Source: a virus (Duplodnaviria; Caudoviricetes). Taken from it: 64,000 bases of DNA. Numbering within the stretch: position 1 is the first letter of the stretch; each line of letters begins with the position of its first letter. Under the pieces are notes generated by a model. The model did not search any database. It saw nothing but the letters and a program-made list of their open reading frames with translations, and was not told where the DNA came from. A program made the translations under genes and the position numbers. This document shows, piece after piece, positions 26,805-36,699 of the stretch. The stretch is from IMG/VR virus record IMGVR_UViG_3300025809_001850; one strand, written 5' to 3'.

Positions 26805-28544
26805 ATGGCGAATCAAAAAATAACGGATTTAAACAAACACACCAAGTTGACAGGTGAAGACTTGTTTATTGTGGTTGACAAAGACGAGTACGGTACATCA
26901 CCAACAGGTGAAACTAAAGCAATCACCGCAAAAACACTAGCGGAACAACTTGCAGAAATAAAACACTCGGATGTCGGCATCCGATTCAGTGAACTTGCAG
27001 ACGTACCCAACGAGTATATCGAAAGTGCAGGATCGTTTGTAAAAATAAATGACACAGGTGACGGTGTTGATTTTACCGAGTCACCTGGTCATTCTGAGAT
27101 AACCGTAAAATACGAAGAGTTATTTCAAAGTATTGAAAGCAACCAAGTTATTGTATATCGTGTAGGTGATGTATTGATGCGTGATCCTGCAACCAACACA
27201 TATAAACACGCATCATCAGATAATCCAGATTCAGCTGAAGTTGTAGGAGTTATTCGTAAAATCAAAAAAGATATTGAAGGAGACATCGTTCAAGTTAATA
27301 TCGCATTTGGTGGTCATGTAGTTTTCGAAGAACCGGTTCATGTTGAAAAAAGTCAAATTGACAATACATCAGCCATGGCAACCGAGTCAGTCTTGGTTGG
27401 AGGAAAAACCTACTTTTTGGGAAGAATTGGAAAGTTATCAGATTACGATCCTTCTATACAAGTCAATGATAGTGACCCACATATATCAAAACCACTATTA
27501 GTTGCGACAGGTCCTCAATCGGGTATCTTTGTTAATTATCGTGGTTTGCTTTCTGAAAAAACAGACGAACCTCATAAATTTGTGGTTGAATATAGTGCAA
27601 GTTGTAGCAAAATTAAAGTAGGTGACATAGTGCGAGTACGCAGGCGCATCAAACGTAATGTCAATGGAAATTTCGGTAGTGCTATAGAAAATGCTGATAA
27701 TGCGTTTGACGGAATGCCCGAAAACATACGACCTGCATATCTAGACTTTGAGAGTGGAGAGTCACCCTATGTATTAGCCAACTCAGCATCACAAGATGCA
27801 GAACTTGCACATGAAGATGCGTATGCGTGTGAGTTTATTGGAATTGTGACAATTGCGTCTTCTGATTACTTCCAAATACAAACAAGTGGAATGATAACAT
27901 TTGATATGCCGGCATCCGTTATATCGGATGATAACTCTGCCATTGAGAAATCAAATGCAATATTCAAACGAGGATACACATACTATTTGGAGTCATTTGA
28001 TATAACTTCCGACCAAAACACAAATGTTTACACGAAACGTCTTAGACGAACACTTTACGATTATAGCACAGACGAAATAAATGATTACTATGGAAATTCA
28101 ATTGTTGATTCTAACATTGAAGATGTAGTAACCGGTATATCTCCATTTAGAAACACCACAATAAACAATCCGTTCGCACGTGATCCAGAAACACAGAAAG
28201 TTACATCATATGCCAAACCTGTTTTTTATGCAGTTTCTGAAAATCAAATACTTTTATTGAACCACGCAACATATCCAATGCCGTTTGATGCGTGTAACGC
28301 AGTTAATCCAACTGCAAATCAACCATGTAAAGAATTTACTCAGTCAAAAAGTTTTACAATGAACGAAACACTTGGTGATGTAAATGAATTCTTGGGTGAC
28401 AAGTGGTCAGATGCAAATAAGGGTGATACTGCTGATGTTCAATTAATAAATTTCAGTGAATCAACGATCAAACACCAAGTGTGGAAAAAGGTTGAAGAAA
28501 ATTCAGCTGCAGGTGTTTGGCAAATGCAAGAAGGAGATACATAA
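26805..28544 (+). CDS. putative virion structural/fibre protein
   Basis: 579 aa; KITDL N-terminus typical of fibre proteins; two copies of a module shared with 28908-31070. Confidence 0.6.
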   Translation: MANQKITDLNKHTKLTGEDLFIVVDKDEYGTSPTGETKAITAKTLAEQLAEIKHSDVGIRFSELADVPNEYIESAGSFVKINDTGDGVDFTESPGHSEITVKYEELFQSIESNQVIVYRVGDVLMRDPATNTYKHASSDNPDSAEVVGVIRKIKKDIEGDIVQVNIAFGGHVVFEEPVHVEKSQIDNTSAMATESVLVGGKTYFLGRIGKLSDYDPSIQVNDSDPHISKPLLVATGPQSGIFVNYRGLLSEKTDEPHKFVVEYSASCSKIKVGDIVRVRRRIKRNVNGNFGSAIENADNAFDGMPENIRPAYLDFESGESPYVLANSASQDAELAHEDAYACEFIGIVTIASSDYFQIQTSGMITFDMPASVISDDNSAIEKSNAIFKRGYTYYLESFDITSDQNTNVYTKRLRRTLYDYSTDEINDYYGNSIVDSNIEDVVTGISPFRNTTINNPFARDPETQKVTSYAKPVFYAVSENQILLLNHATYPMPFDACNAVNPTANQPCKEFTQSKSFTMNETLGDVNEFLGDKWSDANKGDTADVQLINFSESTIKHQVWKKVEENSAAGVWQMQEGDT

Positions 28545-28897
28545 TGGGTTCTTTATACGACATAGGAAATTTTAGATACAAACACTTTACTTTTTACTCC
28601 CCGTGTGAAGCTGGAAGAGATTGCTTTCCATACGAAGGACAATCGGCACTTATAGACACGGAAATCAAAAACTTTCTAAATAAAGTATGGCCGTATCGTG
28701 GAGTATTAATCGGTGACTCATCTGAAGGTGATTATGCGTTCGTTACATATGTTCACAACGAACTTGATAATCAACAAACCCCAACACAGATAGTTGACAA
28801 CATATACACATACACCCGTATACAACTTGGAACAGGTGAACCTCAGTGGGTTCAGGCAACAACTCCAAAGAAAACTTTAGAAAGAACAACATCTTAG
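28544..28897 (+). CDS. hypothetical protein
   Basis: TAATG overlap with upstream gene gives start MGSLYD. Confidence 0.7.
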   Translation: MGSLYDIGNFRYKHFTFYSPCEAGRDCFPYEGQSALIDTEIKNFLNKVWPYRGVLIGDSSEGDYAFVTYVHNELDNQQTPTQIVDNIYTYTRIQLGTGEPQWVQATTPKKTLERTTS

Positions 28898-28907
28898 AAA
28901 AATAGTT

Positions 28908-31070
28908 ATGGCAACGTTACAACATAGATCAGCATTCAACCTCAGAGGAAGTCTTCCCTTGGGTGGAAGTGCAGTACAAACAATTGATTCAACTTGTGAT
29001 GGAGTAGTTCTTGACAACATACACGAACAAGTAAGACAGGCTGCAAACGATTATAAATGGGAAACCAACCGAACTGCAATGCGGGCAAACTTAAAATATA
29101 ATTGCCCCAAGGTTGGAGACGCAGTTAGATGGGACCCATCAATAAACGGATTTAATTTATCATATGCGATGTTTGATACAAACAACCCCACCGACCAAGA
29201 ACATATGGTAGAAGTTGTGGGTATAGTTGAAAGTGTCACAGTTGATTGCACAGGTGACGGAATTGATTTCACAAACGATGACACAGAAACCAATGCAGTT
29301 ATTGTACTGAGTGGCCAAGTTTCATTCAACACCTTACCAACCGAATCTAGTTTAAATCCAGGTATGGTATATTATTTATGGGACAAAGGTTCTCCTCAAA
29401 CACTTGCTCTAGCAAATAATGTGGTGGGTGACACACACGAACCTGTAATCAGCAAACCATTATTTTTAGCAACAGGAACAAATTCCGCAATAGTTTTGAC
29501 ATATCGTCCTCTAACAGGATCACCAACAGGTGGTAAACCTAGATCAGAATCATATGAGGTTGATGTTAAAAACATCACAAGTGGGTGGAGAGTCAAAGTA
29601 AAAAATACTTCTGTTGTATCATCAAAACATCCACTCGTTGTGCAACTTGATTACGACAGAGCAGTTGGTCCACGTAGCAACCTAAACGGAAACGAAGTGT
29701 ACTCAATGTTCAAGCACATTGGTATATTACATGACGAAATTGTTGCCAGTACAACTGTAGATGCAAACGGAATGACGACACTATTAAACGAAATAGAATT
29801 TGATGTAGACATAAATTCAGAGTTTGGTATAAGTGGAGGTATTGCCGGTAATGCTGAAAACGGAGTAAATGGTGTTGGTAGATTGACAGTTAGTTTAAAA
29901 TCAAACACAACAGGATCAATGAGTGCAAGTGCATTAAGTTCACTTATACCACTACATACAACTCCGAGATATTTAAGAAAACCATCAGTTCAACTTTTAA
30001 CAAAATGCAACGACACGAATGCATTGGGCAACATAACCACAAACGATCCTAACATTCCGGACTTGAAAGTAACTCAAGACGGAACAACACAGAATGACAT
30101 TCAAGAAGGTATTGTATATGAAATTAAACTACTTGAGGCAGGTGGTGAGTGGGTGCATCGTGGTGGAGAAGACGAAGTTAATTACGTTCCAATGGCAGAC
30201 GAACTACATTTTGAAATCAGTAGTTCTGCACTAGACAAACCAATCAGAAGTTCACTTGAACTGCACCACCCAGACAACAATACAGGAAACGGAGCTTCAG
30301 TTGAAGTTATTCCTGTTAATGATTCTGGAAAAGGACTAACAAAAAGTAAAGTTTATTTCAAATTTATAAACGCAGACGGAACGGATTTACACAAAAACCA
30401 CTGGGCATACTCACTTGGAATTGCAGGACGTTCGTGTGATGATAAAATATGTTGTGATACATCAACACACATAAACATTGATGTAGAGCGTCTTGGATTA
30501 ACAAATGCAGATGCACCTCTTAGTGATTTACTTGATGCAGATGATTCATATATGAACAATAAGGCAGCTGCTAGGTTGTATTCACTTGATCCAAACCAAC
30601 TTCCGTCAATAACTAACTATGGTTCAGGTGATCCACTAATTGCGTCATTTAAGAATGCAAGAGAAGGTACAACACTTTGCTACTCAGGTAATATTCAACC
30701 AGGAAGCGAACCTTCGTTTATGGCATTATACTTTAACGATGCAAAACGGATACCATCAAGTGATCGTACCGCAAAGGCATATGATCCAAGATACATTGCA
30801 ATTGAGATTGGGGCGCAAGACTCACTACAAGACCAAACAATAACAATAACACTAAAACGTGATACAGACGATCAAGTGTGCATTGAACTTGAGTTTGACG
30901 GAAGTGCAACTGGAACTCATTATACATTTGAAGAATTGTACGCAGAGGGTAAGGTAAAAAGTTGGGGAAGTAAACTTGATAGTCATAACTACTTCGGCAA
31001 TATAGCACCCACCTCCACGGTGGATGGATCTTTTGGTAACACAAACGAATCTACAACCACCAATGGATAA
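28908..31070 (+). CDS. putative virion structural protein
   Basis: 720 aa; EVVGIVES...SGQVSF...PGMVYYL...ISKPLFLATG module shared with 26805-28544. Confidence 0.6.
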   Translation: MATLQHRSAFNLRGSLPLGGSAVQTIDSTCDGVVLDNIHEQVRQAANDYKWETNRTAMRANLKYNCPKVGDAVRWDPSINGFNLSYAMFDTNNPTDQEHMVEVVGIVESVTVDCTGDGIDFTNDDTETNAVIVLSGQVSFNTLPTESSLNPGMVYYLWDKGSPQTLALANNVVGDTHEPVISKPLFLATGTNSAIVLTYRPLTGSPTGGKPRSESYEVDVKNITSGWRVKVKNTSVVSSKHPLVVQLDYDRAVGPRSNLNGNEVYSMFKHIGILHDEIVASTTVDANGMTTLLNEIEFDVDINSEFGISGGIAGNAENGVNGVGRLTVSLKSNTTGSMSASALSSLIPLHTTPRYLRKPSVQLLTKCNDTNALGNITTNDPNIPDLKVTQDGTTQNDIQEGIVYEIKLLEAGGEWVHRGGEDEVNYVPMADELHFEISSSALDKPIRSSLELHHPDNNTGNGASVEVIPVNDSGKGLTKSKVYFKFINADGTDLHKNHWAYSLGIAGRSCDDKICCDTSTHINIDVERLGLTNADAPLSDLLDADDSYMNNKAAARLYSLDPNQLPSITNYGSGDPLIASFKNAREGTTLCYSGNIQPGSEPSFMALYFNDAKRIPSSDRTAKAYDPRYIAIEIGAQDSLQDQTITITLKRDTDDQVCIELEFDGSATGTHYTFEELYAEGKVKSWGSKLDSHNYFGNIAPTSTVDGSFGNTNESTTTNG

Positions 31071-32439
31071 GCAAAATATCACAATAGTAGTTCCTATATA
31101 TAACTTAGGATCTTTTAGGTTTAATAATTTTTGCTTTTTGGTAAAAAAATTAAACAATCTCGGTTGTTCTGTTATTGTAGTTGAACAACGATCAGACAGA
31201 ACAGGACCCGTTGAGCAGATAGTTCTTAGTTTAGAAAACGTATCCCACTCACTTGTTGAGGTGGACGGTTTGGATTTCAATAAATCAAAATTAATAAATT
31301 ATGCGTTTAAGAGAGTGTACACTGAGTTCATGTGGGTGGTGGACGGTGACTTTTACACAAACTTTAAAGATGTCATCACCGATGCTGATAGTTCATCTGA
31401 CTTGATAGTACCGTTTAGTGAAGTTTTGTTTTTAAACAAACAAGAATCTAATAATTTACACACATCTGGTAGTGTACTATTAAATCACGATGAAAAATAC
31501 AAAACCAACAATCAAGAAGGTAAATTTTCCTTTATAGTAAGATCGTCCGTATTTTCTAATTGCAAAGGAATGAATGAAGATTTTTACGGATGGGGATTTC
31601 AAGACTTGGATTTCGTGGAAAATAGATTAATGGGTGACGAGTTGAAATCACGTGTGCAAATCAGGGCGTATCATATGTTCCACTTACCTCAATCAAAAGA
31701 CAACATAGAGATAAACCGAAAGTTATATTTAAACTACAAAGAAGTTAATATCAAACAGGTTGTAAAAGATAAATTAAAAGAATATGTGGGTCAGGCAAAT
31801 CAACTAAGTCAAAGCAAAACCGACTTATACACCAAAAAACACAAACCGAAAACCACAGAAACCAACACATCGGTAAAAACAAAAATTACTAAACGTGTAG
31901 TTAACAAGTGGAGTAAACCAACTTTTGGAATTTTGTATTCATGTAATAGCAAAATATACTACCCAACCAACGATGTTATTACAATTCGAGACACTACACT
32001 TGTAGAGTATAAACGAATAAACGGAAAACTTTCAAAGTTGTCCACAAAAAAGCATTTTTTATATTACTACATGGAATACATATGTCATGTATATGGTATG
32101 TTCAGCTCAAACGAATCAGTTTTGTTTGCAAATGATAGTTTTTGTAAATCCCATGAGCAACTTGCTGATTTTTCGGAAAAGTTGAAACATATAAGCAACG
32201 GAAATATCCTTAATTTAGATGATTCTAACTTCATGTTCGTACACGAAGAGCAGAACATAAAACAAGGTGGAACTAGCAAAAAATTCTCTCCACAGGGATG
32301 CTTTTTCGTAAACACGGACTTGATTCTTAAAAAGAAATTTGATTTTTATTACAACCTATATACAAAGTTTGGGAACATGACAAACGAGCAAATTGGAGAG
32401 TATACATCAAAAATTCGTTCTATTTTTCTTGACAATTAA
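31063..32439 (+). CDS. GT2/GT7-like glycosyltransferase
   Basis: ITIVVPI, FNKSKLINY, VVDGDF (DxD), GMNEDFYGWGFQDLDF; start at MDKQNI. Confidence 0.85.
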   Translation: MDKQNITIVVPIYNLGSFRFNNFCFLVKKLNNLGCSVIVVEQRSDRTGPVEQIVLSLENVSHSLVEVDGLDFNKSKLINYAFKRVYTEFMWVVDGDFYTNFKDVITDADSSSDLIVPFSEVLFLNKQESNNLHTSGSVLLNHDEKYKTNNQEGKFSFIVRSSVFSNCKGMNEDFYGWGFQDLDFVENRLMGDELKSRVQIRAYHMFHLPQSKDNIEINRKLYLNYKEVNIKQVVKDKLKEYVGQANQLSQSKTDLYTKKHKPKTTETNTSVKTKITKRVVNKWSKPTFGILYSCNSKIYYPTNDVITIRDTTLVEYKRINGKLSKLSTKKHFLYYYMEYICHVYGMFSSNESVLFANDSFCKSHEQLADFSEKLKHISNGNILNLDDSNFMFVHEEQNIKQGGTSKKFSPQGCFFVNTDLILKKKFDFYYNLYTKFGNMTNEQIGEYTSKIRSIFLDN

Positions 32440-32457
32440 AAAAACGTTTAGTAGTAT
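32429..32457 (+). promoter_or_regulatory. sigma70-type promoter
   Basis: TTGACA, 17 bp, TAGTAT; GTG start 7 nt downstream. Confidence 0.65.
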
Positions 32458-32464
32458 AGGTTCT

Positions 32465-33133
32465 GTGAAAAATTATACAGAAACTGAATTAGAACAAAAC
32501 TACACGGCATTCCTTAAGTTTATTGAAGATACATTTACAGGAGACCGACAGGAAAAGTTGCTATATATGTACGGTACCGATGACAATTGCTTTGGTTTAC
32601 GGGCATTAACTGCTCCTGCAAGTGGAACAATACATTATCACAACGCATATGACGGAGGTTATATTGACCATGTAATGAATGTGTGTCGTGCAGCTAGAGG
32701 ACAAAAAGTTCTACTACAGAGTTTGGGAGCAAGAATTGATTTTACAGATGACGAACTAATGTTTTCGGCACTTAACCATGATTTGGGTAAGTTAGGTTCA
32801 CTTGACGGTGAGCAATACCAACCGAATGATAGTGATTGGCACATCAAAAATCAGGGTAAGTTATATAAAATGAACACAGACATCCAATGGATGAGTGTAA
32901 CAGATCGTTCAGTATTTATATTACAACACTTTGATATCAAGTATACCGAAAAGGAGTTTCTCGCAATAAAATTATCAGACGGAATGTACGATGATTCTAA
33001 CATTCAGTATCTAAAATCCTTTAATCCAGATAACGGACTTAGAACTGAACTTCCACGGGTGCTTCATTGGGCAGATCATATGTCATGTGTATTAGAGAAA
33101 TCACTAACAGACGAAAATTTTAAATTTGAATAG
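32465..33133 (+). CDS. HD-domain phosphohydrolase (YhaM-like HD)
   Basis: HYHNAYDGGYIDH, NHDLGK, LHWADH; GTG start 32465 chosen to avoid overlap. Confidence 0.85.
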   Translation: MKNYTETELEQNYTAFLKFIEDTFTGDRQEKLLYMYGTDDNCFGLRALTAPASGTIHYHNAYDGGYIDHVMNVCRAARGQKVLLQSLGARIDFTDDELMFSALNHDLGKLGSLDGEQYQPNDSDWHIKNQGKLYKMNTDIQWMSVTDRSVFILQHFDIKYTEKEFLAIKLSDGMYDDSNIQYLKSFNPDNGLRTELPRVLHWADHMSCVLEKSLTDENFKFE

Positions 33134-33139
33134 TGATAT

Positions 33140-33168
33140 TTGACAAATTTAACATTTTATAGTATATT
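33140..33168 (+). promoter_or_regulatory. sigma70-type promoter of hsp20, overlapping an ATATTTAT motif
   Basis: TTGACA, 17 bp, TATATT; ATATTTAT at 33164-33171. Confidence 0.7.
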
Positions 33169-33177
33169 TATACCATA

Positions 33178-33224
33178 AGACAATGCTCAACTGAGATTGT
33201 CTAACGAATGCCCACATCGGGATT
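33178..33224 (+). promoter_or_regulatory. structured 5' leader with two bulged-G hairpins
   Basis: AGACAAT-G-CTC-aact-GAG-ATTGTCT and AAT-G-CCC-acatc-GGG-ATT. Confidence 0.5.
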
Positions 33225-33248
33225 TGTAACTAAAATAGGAAACATAAA

Positions 33249-33746
33249 ATGAAAAACTACGGATTACACAAGTCCAACGGAACAGGACTTAATAAACACG
33301 TTCCAACACTAAGAGACGAATTTTTGATACCATTCGACTCGTTGTTTGATAAAGTTGTAGGTCAGGCCTTCCCAAACTTTGGACAAGAGTTTGGAGTAAA
33401 TTTCTTCGGAAATAGTTCATACCCAAGAGTAAATGTCGCGGATCATAAAAAAGAAATTCGCATAGAAGCTGAAATTGCAGGTCTTGCTAAAGATGATGTG
33501 TCGGTTGAGTATGAAGATGGTCTTCTTACCATTGCGGGAGACAAAAAATCAGAAATACTAGATCCAGATGTAACATATGTGTATAAAGAACTTAAACGAT
33601 CTTCGTTCAAACGTTCGTTTAAAGTAGATGAAACCACATTACAGGTAAACAACATATCAGCCAAGTTTGACAACGGAATACTGAATGTTATTATTCCCAA
33701 AAAGGAAGTAGTTGAAACTAAATCAAAGAAAGTCAAAATTCTTTAA
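33249..33746 (+). CDS. small heat-shock protein Hsp20
   Basis: YPRVNV, AEIAGLAKDDVSV, LLTIAG, FKRSF, ISAKFDNGILNVIIPK; AGGA SD upstream. Confidence 0.95.
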   Translation: MKNYGLHKSNGTGLNKHVPTLRDEFLIPFDSLFDKVVGQAFPNFGQEFGVNFFGNSSYPRVNVADHKKEIRIEAEIAGLAKDDVSVEYEDGLLTIAGDKKSEILDPDVTYVYKELKRSSFKRSFKVDETTLQVNNISAKFDNGILNVIIPKKEVVETKSKKVKIL

Positions 33747-33774
33747 TATTTGGTTTAAACTATTGTATTAATTT

Positions 33775-33804
33775 AAGGGGGTAATTTTTTTACCCTCTTT
33801 TTTT
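33775..33804 (+). terminator. intrinsic terminator
   Basis: AAGGGGGTAA / TTACCCTCTT 10-bp stem followed by a T run. Confidence 0.8.
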
Positions 33805-33871
33805 ATAATTATATTATATTTATAGTCATTGAAGACATCACATAAAATGGAACTTGGGGATATATATTAAT

Positions 33872-34966
33872 ATGAAGGTATTTACTGCAATCATAGGAGG
33901 ACTTGCACTGGCAGTAGCAGGAACTGCAGCTTTCTTTTCGGTACGAGGTATTGGTTTATTGTTTGCAGGAGCAGCCATTGCCGTTATGATAATGGCGGGT
34001 GTTCTTGAGGCAGGTAAACTTGCTATGACTTCTTTTTTATATCGTTATTGGGAACGAATTCCGAGATTGTTAAAATGGTACTGCACGATTGCAGTTGTGG
34101 TTTTAATTGGAATAACGTCACTTGGTATTTATGGATTTTTGAGTGATGCATACGATGACACTCGTTCAAGGGTGGAAATGCACGAAAGCAACATTGAAAC
34201 TTTAAACAAAGAAATTGTTGTTATTGAAACTGAGATTAAAACCTTAAAGAACACAGATATCACAGTCGAGGGTAAGAAAACAGAAACAATCGCAGGTTTT
34301 CAAAAAATCTACGATGATTATGTTAGTGATAGAAGAAACAGACAAGAAGCTTTATCTTCACGGAACAAAGGTGATGCAGAAGTAAGAGCTAATCGTAGAC
34401 AACAATTACTTGATCGTCTTTCAACATTAGACTCTTCAAAAACTGCAATAGAGTCTAAGGGTGGTGGGTTATTTTCAAGTAACAAAAAGAAAATAGAAGA
34501 ATTAAAAGTTGCTCAACAACCAGAACGAGATTCCATTGCGTCTTCACTATCATCAATTTCAGAAGAAGAAAGTTCCGCAACAAAATCATACAATTCTGCA
34601 CTTACAAAGATAGATGACGAGATTGCAACAGAATACGATAAATTTGTGGAAAAGGTAAATGGACTTCGTGATACAACAAATGATTTAGATAATGTATCTG
34701 TTATTGAAGACAAATATACCAAGATAAAATCAAATCAAGCAGATATACTTGTAGAAAAAGAAGGAATTCGTGCAACGGATATAGGAAGTTTTCGTTTTAT
34801 TGCAGAATCATTTAATATGCCAGTTGATCAAGTTGTTAAGTGGTTTATTATTGTGATCGTTTTAGTATTCGACCCGGTGGCAGTTGCACTTGTGTTAGCA
34901 TATAACATTATGGTAGGTGGAAAAATGACTCTGGGAGAAGAGTTACCGAAAAAAAAAATTGGATAG
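33872..34966 (+). CDS. multi-pass membrane protein with long coiled coil
   Basis: Three N-terminal hydrophobic segments, coiled coil, C-terminal [20 protein letters not shown]; ends just after an A10 run. Confidence 0.85.
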   Translation: MKVFTAIIGGLALAVAGTAAFFSVRGIGLLFAGAAIAVMIMAGVLEAGKLAMTSFLYRYWERIPRLLKWYCTIAVVVLIGITSLGIYGFLSDAYDDTRSRVEMHESNIETLNKEIVVIETEIKTLKNTDITVEGKKTETIAGFQKIYDDYVSDRRNRQEALSSRNKGDAEVRANRRQQLLDRLSTLDSSKTAIESKGGGLFSSNKKKIEELKVAQQPERDSIASSLSSISEEESSATKSYNSALTKIDDEIATEYDKFVEKVNGLRDTTNDLDNVSVIEDKYTKIKSNQADILVEKEGIRATDIGSFRFIAESFNMPVDQVVKWFIIVIVLVFDPVAVALVLAYNIMVGGKMTLGEELPKKKIG

Positions 34967-35562
34967 ATAAGTTACCATTCACCGACAAGTTACAAACAGA
35001 CGGTGACTTTGACGAAGAACAGGATGTTATATCAGAAACCCCAACTCCGTCTCCAACTCCAACTGAGACTCCGACTCCCGAGGAAACTCCCACACCAACT
35101 CCGTCACCAACTCCGTCACCAACTCCGTCTCCAACGGAGACTCCGACTCCTGAGGAAACTCCCACACCAACTCCCACACCAACTCCGTCACCAACTCCGT
35201 CTCCAACGGAGACTCCGACTCCTGAGGAAACTCCCACACCAACTCCGTCTCCAACGGAGACTCCGACTCCTGAGGAAACTCCCACACCAACTCCGTCACC
35301 AACTCCGTCTCCAACGGAGACTCCGACTCCGTCTCACATTCCAAGTTTGAAACCAACATCCCAAGAAGATGAAAATGTTATGTCAACACCGATGTATAAC
35401 ACAGATGACCCAAATATAGCAGGACCTTACTATGTTCCGTGGAAAAAAACATCAATGGAGGCACATGACAAATATTTTGCAAAGAAGATATATAGAAAAA
35501 ATTCAGGTGAATATATACCTGATAGCACTCTCGGAAATGTACCTACTAATAATGACGAATAA
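34951..35562 (+). CDS. start-less -1-frame extension encoding a Pro/Thr/Glu-repeat tail (putative frameshift product of 33872-34966)
   Basis: Frame open 34906-35562 with no ATG/GTG/TTG before 35347; [45 protein letters not shown]...NNDE. Confidence 0.65.
   Translation, partial: KKNWIDKLPFTDKLQTDGDFDEEQDVISETPTPSPTPTETPTPEETPTPTPSPTPSPTPSPTETPTPEETPTPTPTPTPSPTPSPTETPTPEETPTPTPSPTETPTPEETPTPTPSPTPSPTETPTPSHIPSLKPTSQEDENVMSTPMYNTDDPNIAGPYYVPWKKTSMEAHDKYFAKKIYRKNSGEYIPDSTLGNVPTNNDE
35035..35333 (+). repeat. tandem coding repeat (ETPTP/SPTP units)
   Basis: Repeated CCAACTCCGTCTCCAACGGAGACTCCGACTCCTGAGGAAACTCCCACA (48 bp) with 12-bp CCAACTCCGTCA subunits. Confidence 0.95.
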
Positions 35563-35592
35563 AATATATATATACTTATATTTATTAAACAC

Positions 35593-35622
35593 TTGACTTT
35601 TCCCACTATATTCCTATAAACT
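35593..35622 (+). promoter_or_regulatory. possible sigma70-type promoter
   Basis: TTGACT with TATAAA (16 bp) or TAAACT (18 bp); ATG at 35628. Confidence 0.45.
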
Positions 35623-35627
35623 TCATT

Positions 35628-35891
35628 ATGTACATTAACATATATTTAGTTTTTTCTGCCATACTTCTGTTCATTATATTAATTTATATAATAGTAAATT
35701 TGTATAAAAAAAATTCAACATACGAAAATTGGGTATACGAATTAAACGAATCGTTGTCCGACGTTTTACGCAATTGGAATACAATTGACTCCAAGCAGAT
35801 GTTTGAAAAAGATGACGAAGTTGGTGTAGTGTATGAAGGAATTGATGATATCATGAAAGACATAGAAACAAGGACAACCAAAAATGGCTAA
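35628..35891 (+). CDS. small membrane-anchored hypothetical protein
   Basis: N-terminal hydrophobic helix IYLVFSAILLFIILIYIIV. Confidence 0.75.
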   Translation: MYINIYLVFSAILLFIILIYIIVNLYKKNSTYENWVYELNESLSDVLRNWNTIDSKQMFEKDDEVGVVYEGIDDIMKDIETRTTKNG

Positions 35892-36660
35892 CAAACAGAA
35901 ACAAACAGAAACCAAACCAGCAGAGGTTACGGAAGTTAAACGGGTAATAAAACGCAGACGCAGAAAAAAAGGCAAAGGTAAGCAATACTTCACACAAGAA
36001 ACTGAAGATGCAATTGTAGAATACAATGGTTCTGAAGATGTAAAGATTAGAAATGATATATACAACGAACGAATACGATACGCATTTGATAAACTAGCCG
36101 AAAACATTTTAAACACATTTAAATTTTCTTATTTTCAGTGTAGTCACGAAGAAGTACAACAAGAGGTTGTCAGCAACTTGGTTGGCAACATACACAAATA
36201 CAAACAACAAAACGGAAAGGCCTTTTCATACTTTTCAATTATAGCAAAAAATTTCCTAATTTTATACAACAACGGAAACTATAAAAAATTCAAAAGACAC
36301 ATGAGTGTGGACGATGATGAAATTGTATATGAACGAAAAGAATTAACAGTAAATCCAAAAAATGAAGTCAAACTGAAAGAGATAAATGAATTCATCAGAT
36401 TAATGATAGAGTATTATGACACAAATCTGGAAAATATGTTTAAGAAACCACAAGAGTTAAAAATAGCAGCTGCAGTTGTAGAAATATTTAGACGATGTGA
36501 TTCAATTGAAAACTTCAATAAAAAGGCAATATATTTGTATATTCGTGAAATGACAGATTGTAAAACTCAAAACATTACAAAGGTTGTAAATAAAATGCGT
36601 GATGTGCAAAAGACTATAACAAAGTCTTATTTTAAAAACGGATACATTGATAAGAACTGA
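35884..36660 (+). CDS. phage sigma factor, T4 gp55-like (late transcription)
   Basis: YFTQETEDAIVEY, KLAENI, region-2-like NGKAFSYFSIIAKN; sits directly upstream of the structural module. Confidence 0.7.
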   Translation: MANKQKQTETKPAEVTEVKRVIKRRRRKKGKGKQYFTQETEDAIVEYNGSEDVKIRNDIYNERIRYAFDKLAENILNTFKFSYFQCSHEEVQQEVVSNLVGNIHKYKQQNGKAFSYFSIIAKNFLILYNNGNYKKFKRHMSVDDDEIVYERKELTVNPKNEVKLKEINEFIRLMIEYYDTNLENMFKKPQELKIAAAVVEIFRRCDSIENFNKKAIYLYIREMTDCKTQNITKVVNKMRDVQKTITKSYFKNGYIDKN

Positions 36661-36699
36661 AGATTCTAAAAAATATATACATCCATATTTATATTTACT

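Noticed and set aside
33169-33248. CIRCE or classical SD-occluding RNA thermometer upstream of hsp20
   Set aside because: No TTAGCACTC-N9-GAGTGCTAA, and the SD is not within the visible stems.
35035-35333. Possible CRISPR array
   Set aside because: Units are contiguous multiples of 3 with no unique spacers and encode a PT repeat; no cas genes in the window.
34908-35359. Antisense and alternative-frame ORFs (34908-35285, 35003-35350, 35027-35359)
   Set aside because: Shadows of the Pro/Thr tandem repeat; the ETPTP frame is the protein-like one.
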